Positions 13,818-26,985 are shown, counted from the first letter of the stretch. The stretch: DNA of 64,000 nucleotides from Rozella allomycis CSF55 (GCA_000442015.1 KE561054.1:62001-126000), one strand, 5' to 3'. Translations and numbers: made by a program. Notes: generated by a model from the letters alone, not told the origin.

Positions 13818-15662
13818 ATGGATAACGCAAAGTTTAATTTGGACCTGGAGAAACCAAAAAAGAAGATCATGGTTCAAGAGCATGACTTTGTTGATGGGAT
13901 AACACCAAAGGAAATTGAAATGACTCGGTTGGTTTTGCAATGGATGGAAGAACATGGATACAAGTACAACTATAGCACGTATATTTTAACAGAAATTCTA
14001 AACGTTTGTTGGAGCGAGAGTCTGGAATTGCAATGGAGCCAGACCTTGTATCAAAGTTCAAAAAGGCCCTTTTGAGTGGTGATTGGGATTGCGCTGGCAA
14101 TATATTGCCAAAGTTAATTAGACATGATTGTGATTATGAGGTAAAGTATGAAAAGAATAATTTAGTTGACCGCATTGTATCATTTAAAGAAACAGCAATT
14201 CATGGAAAAGATACAGGCCAAAGAAATGGGTGATGCAATTACTATCTTACAAAACGTTTTGACAAAGCTAATCCATGAACCGAAAGAATTCAATATCTTG
14301 GCAAAGTAACTAAATTGTGCATAAAATTAAAGATATATATTGCATTCAAATACTCTGCCAAAATGTTATGAATCTCGTTCAATACTATTGGACAAATTGA
14401 GTGGTATTGTAATTATTTGCGATTTACTCAAGAATTTATTTCGCCAACCTTGTTGATTCCAAAGGCTCGCCTGGAGAAATTGACGGCAAACGGTGTTGCT
14501 CACCAGCTTGAAAATTGTTATTATCATTTGTACGATGAGGGAAATACCATTTCGTTATTGTCTGAACATAACTGTGAAAAGTAAGTATTCCTATGATTAC
14601 TAGTAGGAGCGATTTCCCTAATAAAGCATTCCATAAGTTTAATGATCACAACGATGAAATTTGGTACGTTAGCTTTTCAAACCGCGGACAATATTTAGCA
14701 TCAGCGTCAAAGGATACAAAAGTCCATGTCTATAAATCACCAGTAAGCAAATCGACTATATTTATATTGTTTAAAACTTTATTTTGTTCTTTAAATGGCC
14801 ATTCAGACGCTGTCACGTTTTTAGCATGGAAGGATTGTGACACCCGTTTGTTAACTTGTTCAAATGACACGAGATTGATACTTTGGGATATTGAAGTAAA
14901 TCAAAGTTTAATTTATAAATCAGAAAAGTGGAGATATCGTTCATCAATATAGGGGCCACCAAGGGCCTGTTTTATGCTGCGCCTGGATGCCAGATGGTAC
15001 ATCATTTCTGTCATGTAGCCTTGATATGTCTATTATACTATGGGTATAGCAATAATCTAATGTATAAGAGAATATTGATGGATCTAAACACCACATTTGG
15101 ACTGGATTGAGAGTCACGGACGTTTGTGTTTTAAAAGATGGTTTGCGTGCATTGTTCACTGCGAACGAAACTAAAATAATTCTGGTCAATCTAGAAAATT
15201 TCGAGTTTGTTTGCACAATTCAAGAGTCTGATTCAATCTCATCATTAAAATTGAGTGGCGATTCTTCAAACTTTTTGGTTAATTTGGCTTCACAGGTAAA
15301 TACATTGTTATGGCTTAAAAAAGGAAATCCATCTTTGGAATATTGAGCAAAGGAAACTCGTGTCTACGTATATTGGGCACAAGCAAGGTAAGCTAATTTC
15401 GTACAATTTCTAGGTCGGTATGTAGTACGATCTTGCTTTGGTGGAAAACATGAAAACTTTATTTTAAGTGGAAGCGAAGGTAATTACTTAATTTCTCTTA
15501 GTTTACGATAACAAAGTATATGTTTGGAACAAGAAGCTGGTAAAGTGCATCGACGCTATGGAAGGTCATCAAAAGACAGTAAATTGTGTTGCATGGCATC
15601 CATACAAGCCGATATTTTGTTCAGCGAGTGATGACAAGACCATAATCATTTGGAGCAAATAA
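13818..15662 (+). CDS. GID7: WDR26/Gid7 (LisH-CTLH-WD40), GID E3 ligase subunit; start approximate
   Basis: RLVLQWMEEHGY...LERESG, GDWD, LIPKARLEKL, HNDEIWYVSFS, GHKQGRYVVRSCFGG...FILSGSE, GHQKTVNCVAWHP. Confidence 0.9.
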
Positions 15663-15831
15663 TAAACATTTATTGCTTTTATCGTTTCGTTTCTCATTTT
15701 AAAAGTTCGATAAATCTCAGGAATAAAGTAATACTTCAGTAAAAACGCCAAAGCTTTTTATATTCATCTCGCTGCCTGATCTTTTCTTTAAACAAGATTT
15801 CACTTTGGCTTTTTGGAATTTTCAATTTTTC

Positions 15832-17531
15832 ATGTCCCTATTAACGGACAAACAACAAGAAGAATTGTAATTTTCTTACTATAAATCTATAAAGGAATCT
15901 TTCTATTTTAGATTACCTACACACACGGGGCTTTTCAGTTAGCCTTCACCGATGATCAATGGCTTATTAGCCACGATTACGACAAATTAACACAATTGCT
16001 ATATATTTGCTACGTTTTCTTTACTATCATCCATAATCAGCACATGAGTATACCTAAAACAGTAGAACAAACAAACTTGACTGGAGAAGATATGGAACAA
16101 TTAGCACACATTCTTTTGCCCTGAAGTAATCAACCCATTACAATACTACCTAAAAATAGATAACACAAATCCCTAGGTATACAAATGACATTAGACAGCA
16201 AGCACGATGAGACGTTAAAACNAGAGTTTCACAACTTTAAGCAAGGAAACCGGACTGGATATAGAGAAAGATGGAAAGCAAAGATATTCAGGCCTTTTGG
16301 AGAAAAAATGGATGTCTATTCTAAGACTCCAACGAAAAGTACAATACCTCCTTTCACTTTATTAGATAACAGATTTGGAATCTAAAGTTACGCAATTGCA
16401 ATCCGAAGTAGAATCAGGGGGAATGAAAAAGACGAAAAATAAAGTCGACTTAATTCCCAAACCCCCAGAAAAAATAACGCTTAGTGGACATAGAAGCCCC
16501 GTCACATTTGTTACCTTCCATCCGCGATTTAGTTATTTGGCGTCATGCTCGGAAGATGCTACGATTAAAGTCTACGACTGGGAAACTGGCGAATTGGAGA
16601 AAACACTCAAAGGGCACACAAAGGCTGTGCATTGTATTGATTTTGACCCCAAAGGCGATCTCATCGGTAAAAATGTAGAATATTTGTTATGAAGCAAGCT
16701 GTTCTAGCGATTTGACAATAAAAATATGGGATATGAATGATGATTACAATTGTATTAAAACTCTTTATGGTCATGATCACAGCGTGTCATCAATTAAGTT
16801 TTATAGTGGTGGTGAAATGATTGCCAGTGCTTCCAGAGATAAAGCTATCAAATTATGGGAAATTTCAACGGGGTATTCTGTTTCATAAATTTTCTAAATA
16901 GATTTTGCGTAAAAACAATTCAGGGGCATTCTCAATGGATTCGATCATTAAGCATTTCCGAAGATAACAAATATTTAGCATCATGCTCCTCAGATCAAGT
17001 AGCTATTAATTTTTCGTTTGAAAGACAATTAAAATTTGGGACATTCTAACTGGGGAATGCAAAAACGAAGCAAAAGGACATGAACATGTAATTGAACAAG
17101 TTTGCTTTCTCCCTTCGACGAGTCACACTTTTATCAAATCTTTGTGTCAGCTTAAAGTAAAATTTTGAAAACTTGCAATAAAAGAAAATTGAAGGACCCC
17201 TGCTTGTTTCCGCATCAAGGGACAAGTCGATTAAATTATTTGATGGTCTTTCGGGGCAATGTCTTTATACATTTGTAATATTTTTGATTATCTGATATAG
17301 AATGGACACGATAATTGGGTGCGTGGAGTGGCTGTCCAGCCGATGGGAAAGTATCTCTTGTCTGTTTCCGATGACAAGTCTTTGAGGGTTTGGGATTTAG
17401 AGAGCGGAAAATGTGTTAAACATTTTGAAGCTCATTCCCATTTTGTGACATGTATTGCGATCCACCCATCTGCCCCCTTAGTGGCTACAGGTAGCGTCGA
17501 TCAAAAAGTTTGCGTATGGGAATCTCGATAA
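15832..17531 (+). CDS. PAC1: LIS1/Pac1/NudF dynein regulator, interrupted in the LisH exon by a ~283-bp RT-derived insert
   Basis: [68 protein letters not shown]. Confidence 0.95.
15939..16221 (+). mobile_element. Degenerate non-LTR retrotransposon (LINE) reverse-transcriptase fragment
   Basis: One frame with two stops: [28 protein letters not shown]...MSIPKT...[20 protein letters not shown]. This matches the (Y/F)ADD catalytic region through the (Y)KYLG motif. It ends at an N. Confidence 0.75.
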
Positions 17532-17574
17532 GTAATGCATTTCAAATAAATTAATTTTATTGATAGAAAACACA

Positions 17575-18595
17575 TTAATTTCCAATAAATTCTTTTCCAG
17601 CCTTTGGAAAAATGACGCCAGGGTCTTCAATTGGTGTGGCAGAATAATCTTCAGAAGAAGGCAAATCAGGTTCTTCCACTCGCACGCAATAAAATTGCCG
17701 AAGTGCATTCATCGCCGCCTTAAATGTCTATCGAATAATGCATTTACACTTCTGCGCGCTTGCTTTTCATTTGGCGCGAAACCTTCACCAAGCTTTTCTT
17801 CTCCAGAGTAAACTCCCATAATGTACATGGCGCTTTCAGATCCTTTACCATTTTCAGCTAGAATTCATTTACACGACAGCATTCCTATTACCTATATTCC
17901 GCCCTAGGCTTTTGTAATCGTCTCAAATGAGCAGATAAAATACTATTAACGTAATAATAATGCTTTAATGGATTATAATTCATACTCAAACGGTAACAAA
18001 AATTATTCAATATAAATTGGCGGCAAGCCAAAGCCCCCTGTCAAATTCAATGGAAAAATTTTACCCTTTCCCAGTACAATGCTCCGATCAGTGCAAGCAA
18101 TGATTGACAAGCAATTGTTTTATCAGTCAAATAGTTTTTCTAAATTGCAAAACACGTATAATTACGGGTAATCTGCAAACAACTTTTTGAACACCGTATT
18201 TCTGTGCCACATCAAAAAGCACACTATGTGTATAAAATTCACCGATAGTAGCGGTCAATGGAGCCACCGGGAGTTTTGGGTATTTGAAATAGATGTATTC
18301 CGTAATATACATTTTCAGCGCGGCTGAACCCATATAAGATAATTTTGCAAATCTAGGTAATGAATAAAGGATAATTAAACCTTGTGTTTGAAGGATCGGC
18401 ACTGGGATGTATTATGGCGTCAAGAAATCGTTTAGGAGACAATTCTTCAAGACCCATTCTTGCTGCCAATGCGTGCTCAGCTGCAGTTAGGGGTGACGCA
18501 CTGATTCTTCCTTGAAATTCCAAATTATTTGTCATAGAACGTAACCGTTCTATTTGATAAAGTTTCAGTTTCCGATGAACAGAAAGGGAAGTCAT
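17575..18595 (-). CDS. MRPL3: Mitochondrial ribosomal protein mL44 (MrpL3), RNase III-like + dsRBD; start approximate
   Basis: AIIHPS, AKLSYMG, ITEYIYFKYPKLP, ALIGALY; dsRBD AEYR|ILAENGKGSESAMYIMGVYSGEEKLGEG. Confidence 0.88.
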
Positions 18596-18681
18596 ATAGA
18601 GTGGCGCAGTGTGGTTTCTGTCATGAACTTCAACGTAAAATAAAAAATATATTTGCGGCAATTAATAATTGAAAATAAAAA

Positions 18682-19995
18682 ATGAAATCGTTTGAGATTT
18701 TAGTTGTGGCTGATGTTAAATAATTCTTTCGACCGGAAAGTATCTGTACTAGGGCTTGTTATTAAAGATTCGAAAAAAATTCAGCATGTTTTACAGCTTT
18801 TAAAAAAGTATCTAACATTTAAATAATGTAAAAAGGGAATCTTTGGTTATAAAATATCAAAAATTTCCAGTCGTGAGAGAAATACAGGGAGAAAAGTGTA
18901 TTATTCTTTCAGAATCTATTCAAGGTATCTATTTATGCATTATAACAATAAAGATGAAAAGGAATTCCCAGAATCGGTCCTCGAACAATTAAGAAAAAAT
19001 GACATAGAATGTAACTTTATTAAATCCGAAGTTGTTATCAAATTCGACAATTTAACGAATGATCAGGCTTTGGACATGTTATTACCTAGTGATATTGCTA
19101 GAGTAAAGTCATTTGAGAGGATCGGTCATATTGGTAATGTAATCTTAACTAGTAAAAGAGCGCATTTGAATTTGCTCCCAGAGCACGATTTATACAAGAA
19201 AGAGATTGGAAGATTGATTATTGAAAAAAATCCAGGAATTAGAACGGTTGTGAATAAAATGGACAAAATCGATACTACTTTTCGATTCTTTGCAATGGAA
19301 TTGATTGCTGGGGAATATGATATGCTAGCGAAAGTGAAAGAAGAAAATTGCATTTTTGAGTTTGATTTTTCCAAGGTTTATTGGAATTCTAGACTACAGC
19401 ACGAGCACAAAAGGTTAGTTGATACTTTTAAGCCGGGTGAATATATTTGTAAGCACATTTTTTGATTTATAAAGGCGATTTATTTGCCGGGGTTGGTCCA
19501 TTTGCCATTCCTGCAGGAAAAAAAGAATGCATCGTTTATGCCAATGATTTAAATCCAGAGTCATTCAAATATCTCCAAAGAAATATAAAATTAAACAAAG
19601 TAAATGTAATACTGACTTAATTTTTAGGTAGAAAAGTTTGTCCATTGCTTTAACATGGATGCAAAAGAATTCATCGCCGAATCTACTGGATACCTAACGA
19701 ATTCAGAATTTGATCACTATATAATGAATCTACCTGCCTCTGCTACTTCGTTTCTCAAGGAATTTAACAAGCTGACGTTTGCAAAGCCTCCTACCATTCA
19801 TTGTTATTTGTTTGCACCAAAGAATAGTCAGGACAAGGAAGTTATTAAAGTATGTCCTTACAGTTTTTATTTTAGATTGTCGAAGAAAGCTACGGAAAAG
19901 AAATAACTGGCGAAGTTTCTGTGCATCAAGTTAGAAGTGTGGCGCCCAACAAGGACATGTTTTGTTGCTCATTTAGAATGCCCAAATCAGTGTAA
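18682..19995 (+). CDS. TRM5: tRNA (guanine37-N1)-methyltransferase
   Basis: [75 protein letters not shown]. Confidence 0.96.
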
Positions 19996-20084
19996 GATTT
20001 TCTAAAAGACACGAGTAGAAAAAAAATAAAGCTAAATTAACGATTAAGAATATTATTAATAAATTTTCCATCATGCTTTATTGC

Positions 20085-22174
20085 TTAGTAATCATCATCG
20101 CTGGGTGGTGGGGGTTCTTTTAGAACATCTTCTAAACTTTTATGGCGAGATAATTCTGTTAAAACTTGTTCATCCACAGGCAAAACAGACTTTCTCCTAA
20201 AACGAGAAGGGCTAGGCTTCTCCTCGAATTGTTGCTATTTTATAGCCAGGGTTATACATACCATGTCTTTGACAATGACGTCAAACGCTTCATTTTCATC
20301 CACAGCAGACGATTTATTTTCCTCTGCATTGCCCTGTTCAAATTCTAATTAAATATAGTAAATTGTTTAATACGCTTAATGTACTCTGAAGGAGTGGATT
20401 GCGTTGGAACTCCTTTAGCCAGCCTAGACGCGTTAGCAGCAGCCATGCTTTCTATTCTTGACCAAACCTCGTCCCTATCTTTTTGTTTCTTTTTTTCACT
20501 GGTCGTATTTATAAAGTAAACCTTACAATTGCCTATTCTGTTTAAATTGATTGGTGCATTCATCGAACAGTTTTGGGCTGATTTCCATAAACAACTTTAA
20601 AGCGTTGTAAACAAGACCATGAATCGTCCTATTGAAGAAATAGAGTGATATAAATACCTATTCCAATGTGTTTTTGAATTTTTGTAAAGGGAAGAGAACA
20701 TTATTGGAAGGATTACTTGAGCGTTTTCACCCACAAGATTAATGATATATTCATTATTCCAGTAATAAAGAGCCCTTTCTGCAACCTATCTTTTAAAGAA
20801 TTCCTAAATACCTGAAAGTGTGGAGAGGACACACATTTTGCAATTTGTTGGAACAGTGGGACTTGAATTTTAGAAAACTCTTGAGGCTCAATGATGTCTA
20901 GAATCTCTTCAATCTCATTCAAGAACATGACCTCCTTTGGCGAATTAACCTTTGGCCAATACTTTAAGAGGCCCCCGACAACCTTTGTAATGATTTGAAT
21001 AAAAATACTTCAAATGTTAGTGTCGGATCCTTTTCCAAGAATTGAACCACGCAATATGCTAACTGTGGGTGATATAGCGCTAAAGATTTCGCTTTATGAA
21101 GTGGAATCAAAACTCGCGTTAAAAAGGTCTTGTGCTCTTCCTTTAAAGGTAGCGCAAAACCATTTATAATGCTGCCTAATATTTCCAGTAATTCGGCTAT
21201 CCCATTGTGCCTTTCCGTCTCATAAATAAATTGAAAAAAGACATGGTTTATGGATCGTCGAATAAAAGCTCTCAAATTTAAAAACTTTCCATAAATTCGA
21301 TGAAGAGTTGTCTTTAAGAAATCTCTCTCTCTTGGATCTTCACTGTCAAAGAGATCCAACAATGACAATACAAACTGCTGATCAATATATTTTTTAGCAA
21401 TGTTGGTATTAAAATCAGGCGATTCCAAAAATCTCAAAAAGAATTCATAAACAATTTGCAAATGTGGCCAAGCCTGCTCCAAAATAGGTTCATCCTCTTC
21501 AGGGTCAAATGCGTCGCCGATTGGGTTGCTTTGAGGCGGAATTGGTCTAAACAAATTCATTGAAAACTATCAATACGAACAATTTCGCTTACCACTTTCA
21601 TGATTTCTGGATATATTTGTTCCGTTATTACTCCCCTGTTAGTTGAGATATAATCTACAAGCTCAGTCAAAGTATTAGCTTTGATTTCCTTTCCTTTTAA
21701 ATCAGACATGACATCATTAAAATCAAATATAACACAGCATTGATATAGTTTTTTCAAGAACAATTCATGTCTTTCGCCTAAACTAATGTCTACTTTAACA
21801 TAATGAATTATATCAAACCTTTCAAATTGGCCAATTTTTCTAATTCAACCTTTTCAGTTACATGAAATCTAGATGATCTTTGTCTACGCGGTGTTTTCGA
21901 TAAGGGGATGGAATCTTTGGGTGTATTCTTTAAACGGTTCATGGGATTCGTTTTTGGTGCTTCTTTTTCATTTTTATGCATTATCTAAATATTTAATTTG
22001 TAGCAAAATAATTTACTTCGTCCTTTTTAGGAGGCATTGTCAAGCTGTCTTTTTTAAGAACGATAGAAACCGGTGTTTGTTCCGTTGTTGGGATATCTTC
22101 AGACTCTTTTTTATCGCGAGTATTGGTCTATAACATTTAACCAATCTTTGTACTCTTTTTGTTAGCCGATTCAT
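20085..22174 (-). CDS. RTS1: PP2A regulatory subunit B' (B56/Rts1)
   Basis: [69 protein letters not shown]. Confidence 0.97.
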
Positions 22175-22304
22175 ACAATCCAATCGGGCAATTTACCTCT
22201 TTTAAGCTTTCACTGATGGAAAATTCTTAATTGTCAAAGTACTCAATAAAATCAAGAAAATAAATTTAAAATTGCCATTTATTTGCAAGTAATTTTTTGT
22301 AAAT

Positions 22305-24517
22305 TTAAGATTCGATAAATCGACAAAAGGCCTCAAACAATTCAGCACCGATGACTTTGGCAATCATGTCATTCTTCACTACTGCTAATTTTAAACAATC
22401 GCAATGAAATTTGGCATCGTAATTCGTATAAATTGCGCGACCCATACCTTCCAAAACAATCAAGTCAGCATCGAGGGCGTATTCTGAAATTTTGGAATCA
22501 ATCTTTCGCATATCAAGACAAGGAGAACCACTACCAGTTTCAAAAACTTTTAATAATCCATCTTTATAAGAGTTTTTTATGATTTGATCTTCCACCTGTT
22601 CTAGAATTTCAGAAAGTTCCTTTGCAGTAACATTAGTGACTGACGGTCGACTCAATGCCGCAAGACAAACATGGCATTTCCTTTTTAAAAAATATCTAAC
22701 AAACGGGAGAACTCCCAAAATAAGATCTATGCCGCTATTAGAGACAAAGAAGACAAGTTTTTTGTATTCTTTTCTTTTGATCATATCTTTCGTGATGTCA
22801 TAGTCATTTTTATTTGAGACGTATTTAATTTTTTGCTTGGCTTCTTCCATTGACAGATTCTGGTTAAACAAGAGTTCCACCAAAGATGAGCAGCCCCAGT
22901 CAAATAAATTACCTAAATAATTTTAGTTGGATCTCTACCTACAAATATATTCTCCAATAATTGGCTGACTAAATCTTTCAAGGATAATTGGTCCAGTTTA
23001 TTCAATAATGCAGGCAACAAATCCATAGCTTTTCTGGTTTCATTCATCTTCACGTTTCCAAAAATATCTTCAATTCCAACCTCTCTCAAGCAAAGTTCTC
23101 TAAGATTGAATAAATTTGGAATTGAAAGAGGTCCATAAACGACAGAATTGGCCTTTAGGCGGTTCAAATGCTCAATAAAGAGTTTCGAAAATTTCTCCAT
23201 TTTTTCTTGATCCGATTCTAATCTTAATTTTTTCCAAATCAATGTTGTTTCCTCCATTAAATCAAGCCAATACATTGCCATTTCGGAATTAGAAAGATCG
23301 AAACGATCATATGGGTAAGGGTGCTTTATCATTGAGAAACAAGTCATATTTAAAGTGTTTTGGTCTAGGCAGCCAACTGCGTTTACAGCATGATGAGAAA
23401 TTAAGCTGATCTGTGCAAAATTTTCAGTAAATGAAAATTTTTCCAGTGGAACATTCGAAAAAGTTAAAAACGCGCCCAATGACCCCAAGTAACCCTCATG
23501 CCTAAGAAAATAAGCTTTCATGGAGTCTTTGGACCAAAATTTTATTGCGTAGCTTAATGTTTTCATAGTCGTCGCTGGTTAAATAATAAATTCATTGCTT
23601 ACGATGTCCCCTTATAAAGCAACCACCAAAATAGATTCTCTTGACGCCGTGCTGCGTTGCATTTAGATACGCTATTTGGGCAATATTGTTGGAAACCATG
23701 TAGAGCAAACTTGCAGCGATATCTTCCTGCTTAAATGATTTTGATTCTTTTCCTTTTTGAAAAGCTTTCCCAAACGATGATGCAATTGTGGTGGCTTTTA
23801 GTCCAATTTTTTCATATCCAGCTCCATAAATGTCGCCCACCAGCATGTCTACATTTCTATGATCTCCTTTTTTCGAAATCTCAATCATCTCATCATAAGT
23901 TTTAGCGTCAGTCAAAAGAGATAAAAGACCCCAGAGCGTCCCCCCTCCTAATGCTGTGCCACTAACCCTTTCAAATTTGTTTTCGTCTTCCACCTTAAGA
24001 ATGCTGACACCTGAACCAATATTAACTAAAAGGTATGGAAACACGTCTGAATCAGATCCTAATTCCTTAAATTCCATACGATTTTCTTCATCATATGTAA
24101 AGACTTCAAAGGGAACCTTGAGAAGCAGAAAGTTCAGTCCACCAATTAGACATTCCATCTCATCTTCTTTTTTTAGATTTATTCCCAGTTGTTCTATGAA
24201 TAATTGGTTAAACTTGTATGCCCCACCACCTGTTGCAATTATCTCAAAATTTTCTTTCTTCAGCAAACATCGTATATATTCAATACAAGAACTTATATTT
24301 TCAGTTTCAAATTTTCTAAAATGCAAACGTCCGCCTAACAAAGATCACAAAAATGCCAACCTTTTTCTTCGTCTGTCGAAAAATACACCAATTTAGCCAG
24401 AGATCCTCCAATATCTATAGCTAGATGATTTATATTCCTTGAATAAAACGGTAGCAATATATCTCTGGTATCTTCTTCATGCTCATCTGTTGAGATAGAC
24501 GCACCTTTTAGATTCAT
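22305..24517 (-). CDS. Type II pantothenate kinase fused to DUF89/ARMT1-like domain (PANK4-type architecture)
   Basis: AIDIGGSLAK, ATGGGAYKF, EDEMECL, LLVNIGSGVS, RVSGTALGGGT, FLRHEGYLG; DUF89 GNLFDWG, GSGSPCLD, EGMGRAIYTN. Confidence 0.95.
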
Positions 24518-24808
24518 GAAATTTACTTGTAAACTTTAAAACGATTGGACATAATAAGTTTAAACGATAAAAAAATAGTGATGTTTTATTTACTACTATG
24601 ACAGCTGGATGGGTGTTTTTTCAAGTAGTCCATACAAATTGGCTGCGATTAGTAAACTATGTTTTTTAAATCCAAATCCAATATATAGTTAGTATAGTTA
24701 TATAAAAAATATAGTAGATAATATAGTTTGAAATATCAACTTTGGCATGTTACTAAGACAACCTCATAGGTCTAGCCATAAATTCGAGTCTGAATCCTGT
24801 TGCTAAGT

Positions 24809-25733
24809 ATGTTGGTGTTCACGAACTTTGTGTATGTTGTTAGCGGGTTTGTCCTAGGCATTGCTTTTGCATGTTCTACTATCTGCGTCGCTGTATCTGT
24901 GTATAATCGATCCAGAATCGCTATATTCCATGCAGCTAGCAGCTTAACCTTCACTTGCAGTTCTATACTTGTCAATTACTATTTAACCAATACTGGCGTT
25001 GATTGTTCTGTAAGAGCCCCGATAATAGGGTTCTTCCATGTTGCCCAAATAATGTTTTTTCAGATTGCGCTATGGTTCAGGGTGAAAGCCTCATTTGTGG
25101 TTCCCAATTTTAAAGATGCTCTTTTCAAAAGACAACCAGCCGGATTATTTCTGTTATTTCTCCAATTAGTAATTATTACACAGGCTTTACTCCTTACCGT
25201 TTTATATGCAACTTCAGGATACATTACAGGAGTGCTTTGCGGAAATTCCTATAACCTTGCAATATTATATTCTTGCAACTTCGTTTTCATTTTCTACTTG
25301 TTTGCTACCAACTTGGCCTTTGCTAAAAGAATCCATTCTGCGTATAAGATTTCTCAAAAGAACTCACTTTTCCATCTCATGCTTAACAGCCTTGCACTTC
25401 CATTTACAATTTTGTGCTCTGCCATTGTATATAACGTCGTGGGCCTCTTGAGCACAGACCAAGTTGTTGTTCGCACATTAACTTGGATAGACGGTTCGAT
25501 CTATATGTTTAGCCAGGCAATATTCTGCCTTTCTGATAACTTAACTTCCATGGCTCAAAAAATTGTCAAGAATTCCGGTACAACAAAGAAGGGTAAAGAT
25601 ATTCTAAATAATGAAAGTAGGCACAGAATATAAAGGTCAATCGGCTTCTCAGAGAGGTGGAGGTAATTTATTCTATTTTAATTAGAAAGGAGAACCAGTC
25701 ACTTTGAGTCGTAAAATTGAGATTGAAAACTGA
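24809..25733 (+). CDS. Orphan seven-transmembrane (GPCR-like) protein; ends at 25633 unspliced or about 25733 with two 3' mini-introns
   Basis: Seven hydrophobic segments, a Cys before TM3 and a Cys in the TM4-5 loop, and WFR at the end of TM3. Confidence 0.65.
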
Positions 25734-25885
25734 ATGGAAAACCTTCAAAGTTCAAATAAACAAACTTCATATAGATTGGTGTCATTGGCATTTGTTTTAT
25801 AGAATTATAGAATTTTTACCAAAGATTGAAAAAATGCCATCATTTTTTGATTTTTCCAAGTGGCGAAAATCTAAAAATAGGTCAT

Positions 25886-26908
25886 ATGGCTGTCGTGAAA
25901 CTATTATCCTGCATCTTGGGTGTTTACGCTTGTTTTTTGACTTGGGCTATTCTTCAAGAAAAATTAACATCAGTAGCTTACATCCACAAACTTCCTAACG
26001 GGTTACTTGAAAGCAAAAAATTTAAATATTTCATTTTTATGAACGCAGTACAGGCCTTCGCCGCTGTGATAGTAGCGGGAATATATATAGGTGTAAAAAA
26101 AGATGGATTTGGGAAGATATCAAAGAGAACTATTTTCGAGTATGCTAGGGTTAGTTTATCGGCTACTATGGCGTCGCCTTTTGGGTATGCTTCTTTAAAA
26201 CACATTTCATATCCTACGATGATTCTTGGTAAGTCCTGTAAGCTTGTCCCAGTAATGCTTATGAGCTTGTTTGTCAACAAGCGTCGTTTTGAATGGTTTA
26301 AATATGTTACAGTTTTATTAATTACGATTGGTGTTTCTGGATTCATGTTGAATGATAATGCTGTCAATAACAGCACGGGCAAGAGTGGAAAGTCTACTAG
26401 TCTTTTTGGGTTATTTTTATTGTTTATTAACTTGTTTGTCGATGGTCTGACCAATTCGTGGCAAGATAGATTATTTTTTACATTCAATGTAAAAGCATCA
26501 CAGCTTATGTTTTTTATGAACGCATTTGCATTTACATTTATGACAATATATTTAGGGATGCCTTTTGTATCCAATAATGAACTTTACGAGGCCCTTAATT
26601 TCATTTCTCAGTTTCCTAACGTTCTATCAGATTTAGTCCTTTTTTCATTTTGCGGTGCTATTGGGCAAACTTTTATATTCTACACTCTGGAGCAATATGG
26701 TTCAGTCATTCTTACAACTATTACTGTAACCAGAAAACTAGTCACAATTCTTTTGTCTTTATTATGGTTTGATCATTCGGTTAATGGAAAACAATGGTTT
26801 TTTGTTTCTATTGTGTTTGGAGCCATTTTGATAGAGACATACTTTAGCAAAGTGAAGGCAGGAAAATCAAAGAATCAAAAAAGCATAACGAAAAAGAAAG
26901 CGGAATAA
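25886..26908 (+). CDS. HUT1: SLC35B1/Hut1 ER nucleotide(-sugar) transporter, intronless
   Basis: [58 protein letters not shown]-terminal KKAE ER-retrieval motif. Confidence 0.93.
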   Translation: MAVVKLLSCILGVYACFLTWAILQEKLTSVAYIHKLPNGLLESKKFKYFIFMNAVQAFAAVIVAGIYIGVKKDGFGKISKRTIFEYARVSLSATMASPFGYASLKHISYPTMILGKSCKLVPVMLMSLFVNKRRFEWFKYVTVLLITIGVSGFMLNDNAVNNSTGKSGKSTSLFGLFLLFINLFVDGLTNSWQDRLFFTFNVKASQLMFFMNAFAFTFMTIYLGMPFVSNNELYEALNFISQFPNVLSDLVLFSFCGAIGQTFIFYTLEQYGSVILTTITVTRKLVTILLSLLWFDHSVNGKQWFFVSIVFGAILIETYFSKVKAGKSKNQKSITKKKAE

Positions 26909-26985
26909 AATTAGTTTTTCTTAATAATTTACAATTCACCTATATGATTTTTGTTTGTTCCCTTCAGCCACCTCGAGTTGACGAT

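Noticed and set aside
18127-18402. RNase III-like fold suggesting a second RNAi nuclease
   Set aside because: It lacks catalytic acids and matches mitoribosomal mL44.
24680-24730. ATAGT-like short repeats upstream of the 7TM gene
   Set aside because: Low-complexity AT-rich sequence; no regular period or spacer structure.
25978-26574. Long antisense ORFs (also 23956-24396, 33881-34333 and others)
   Set aside because: They are shadows of real genes on the opposite strand with no recognisable motifs.
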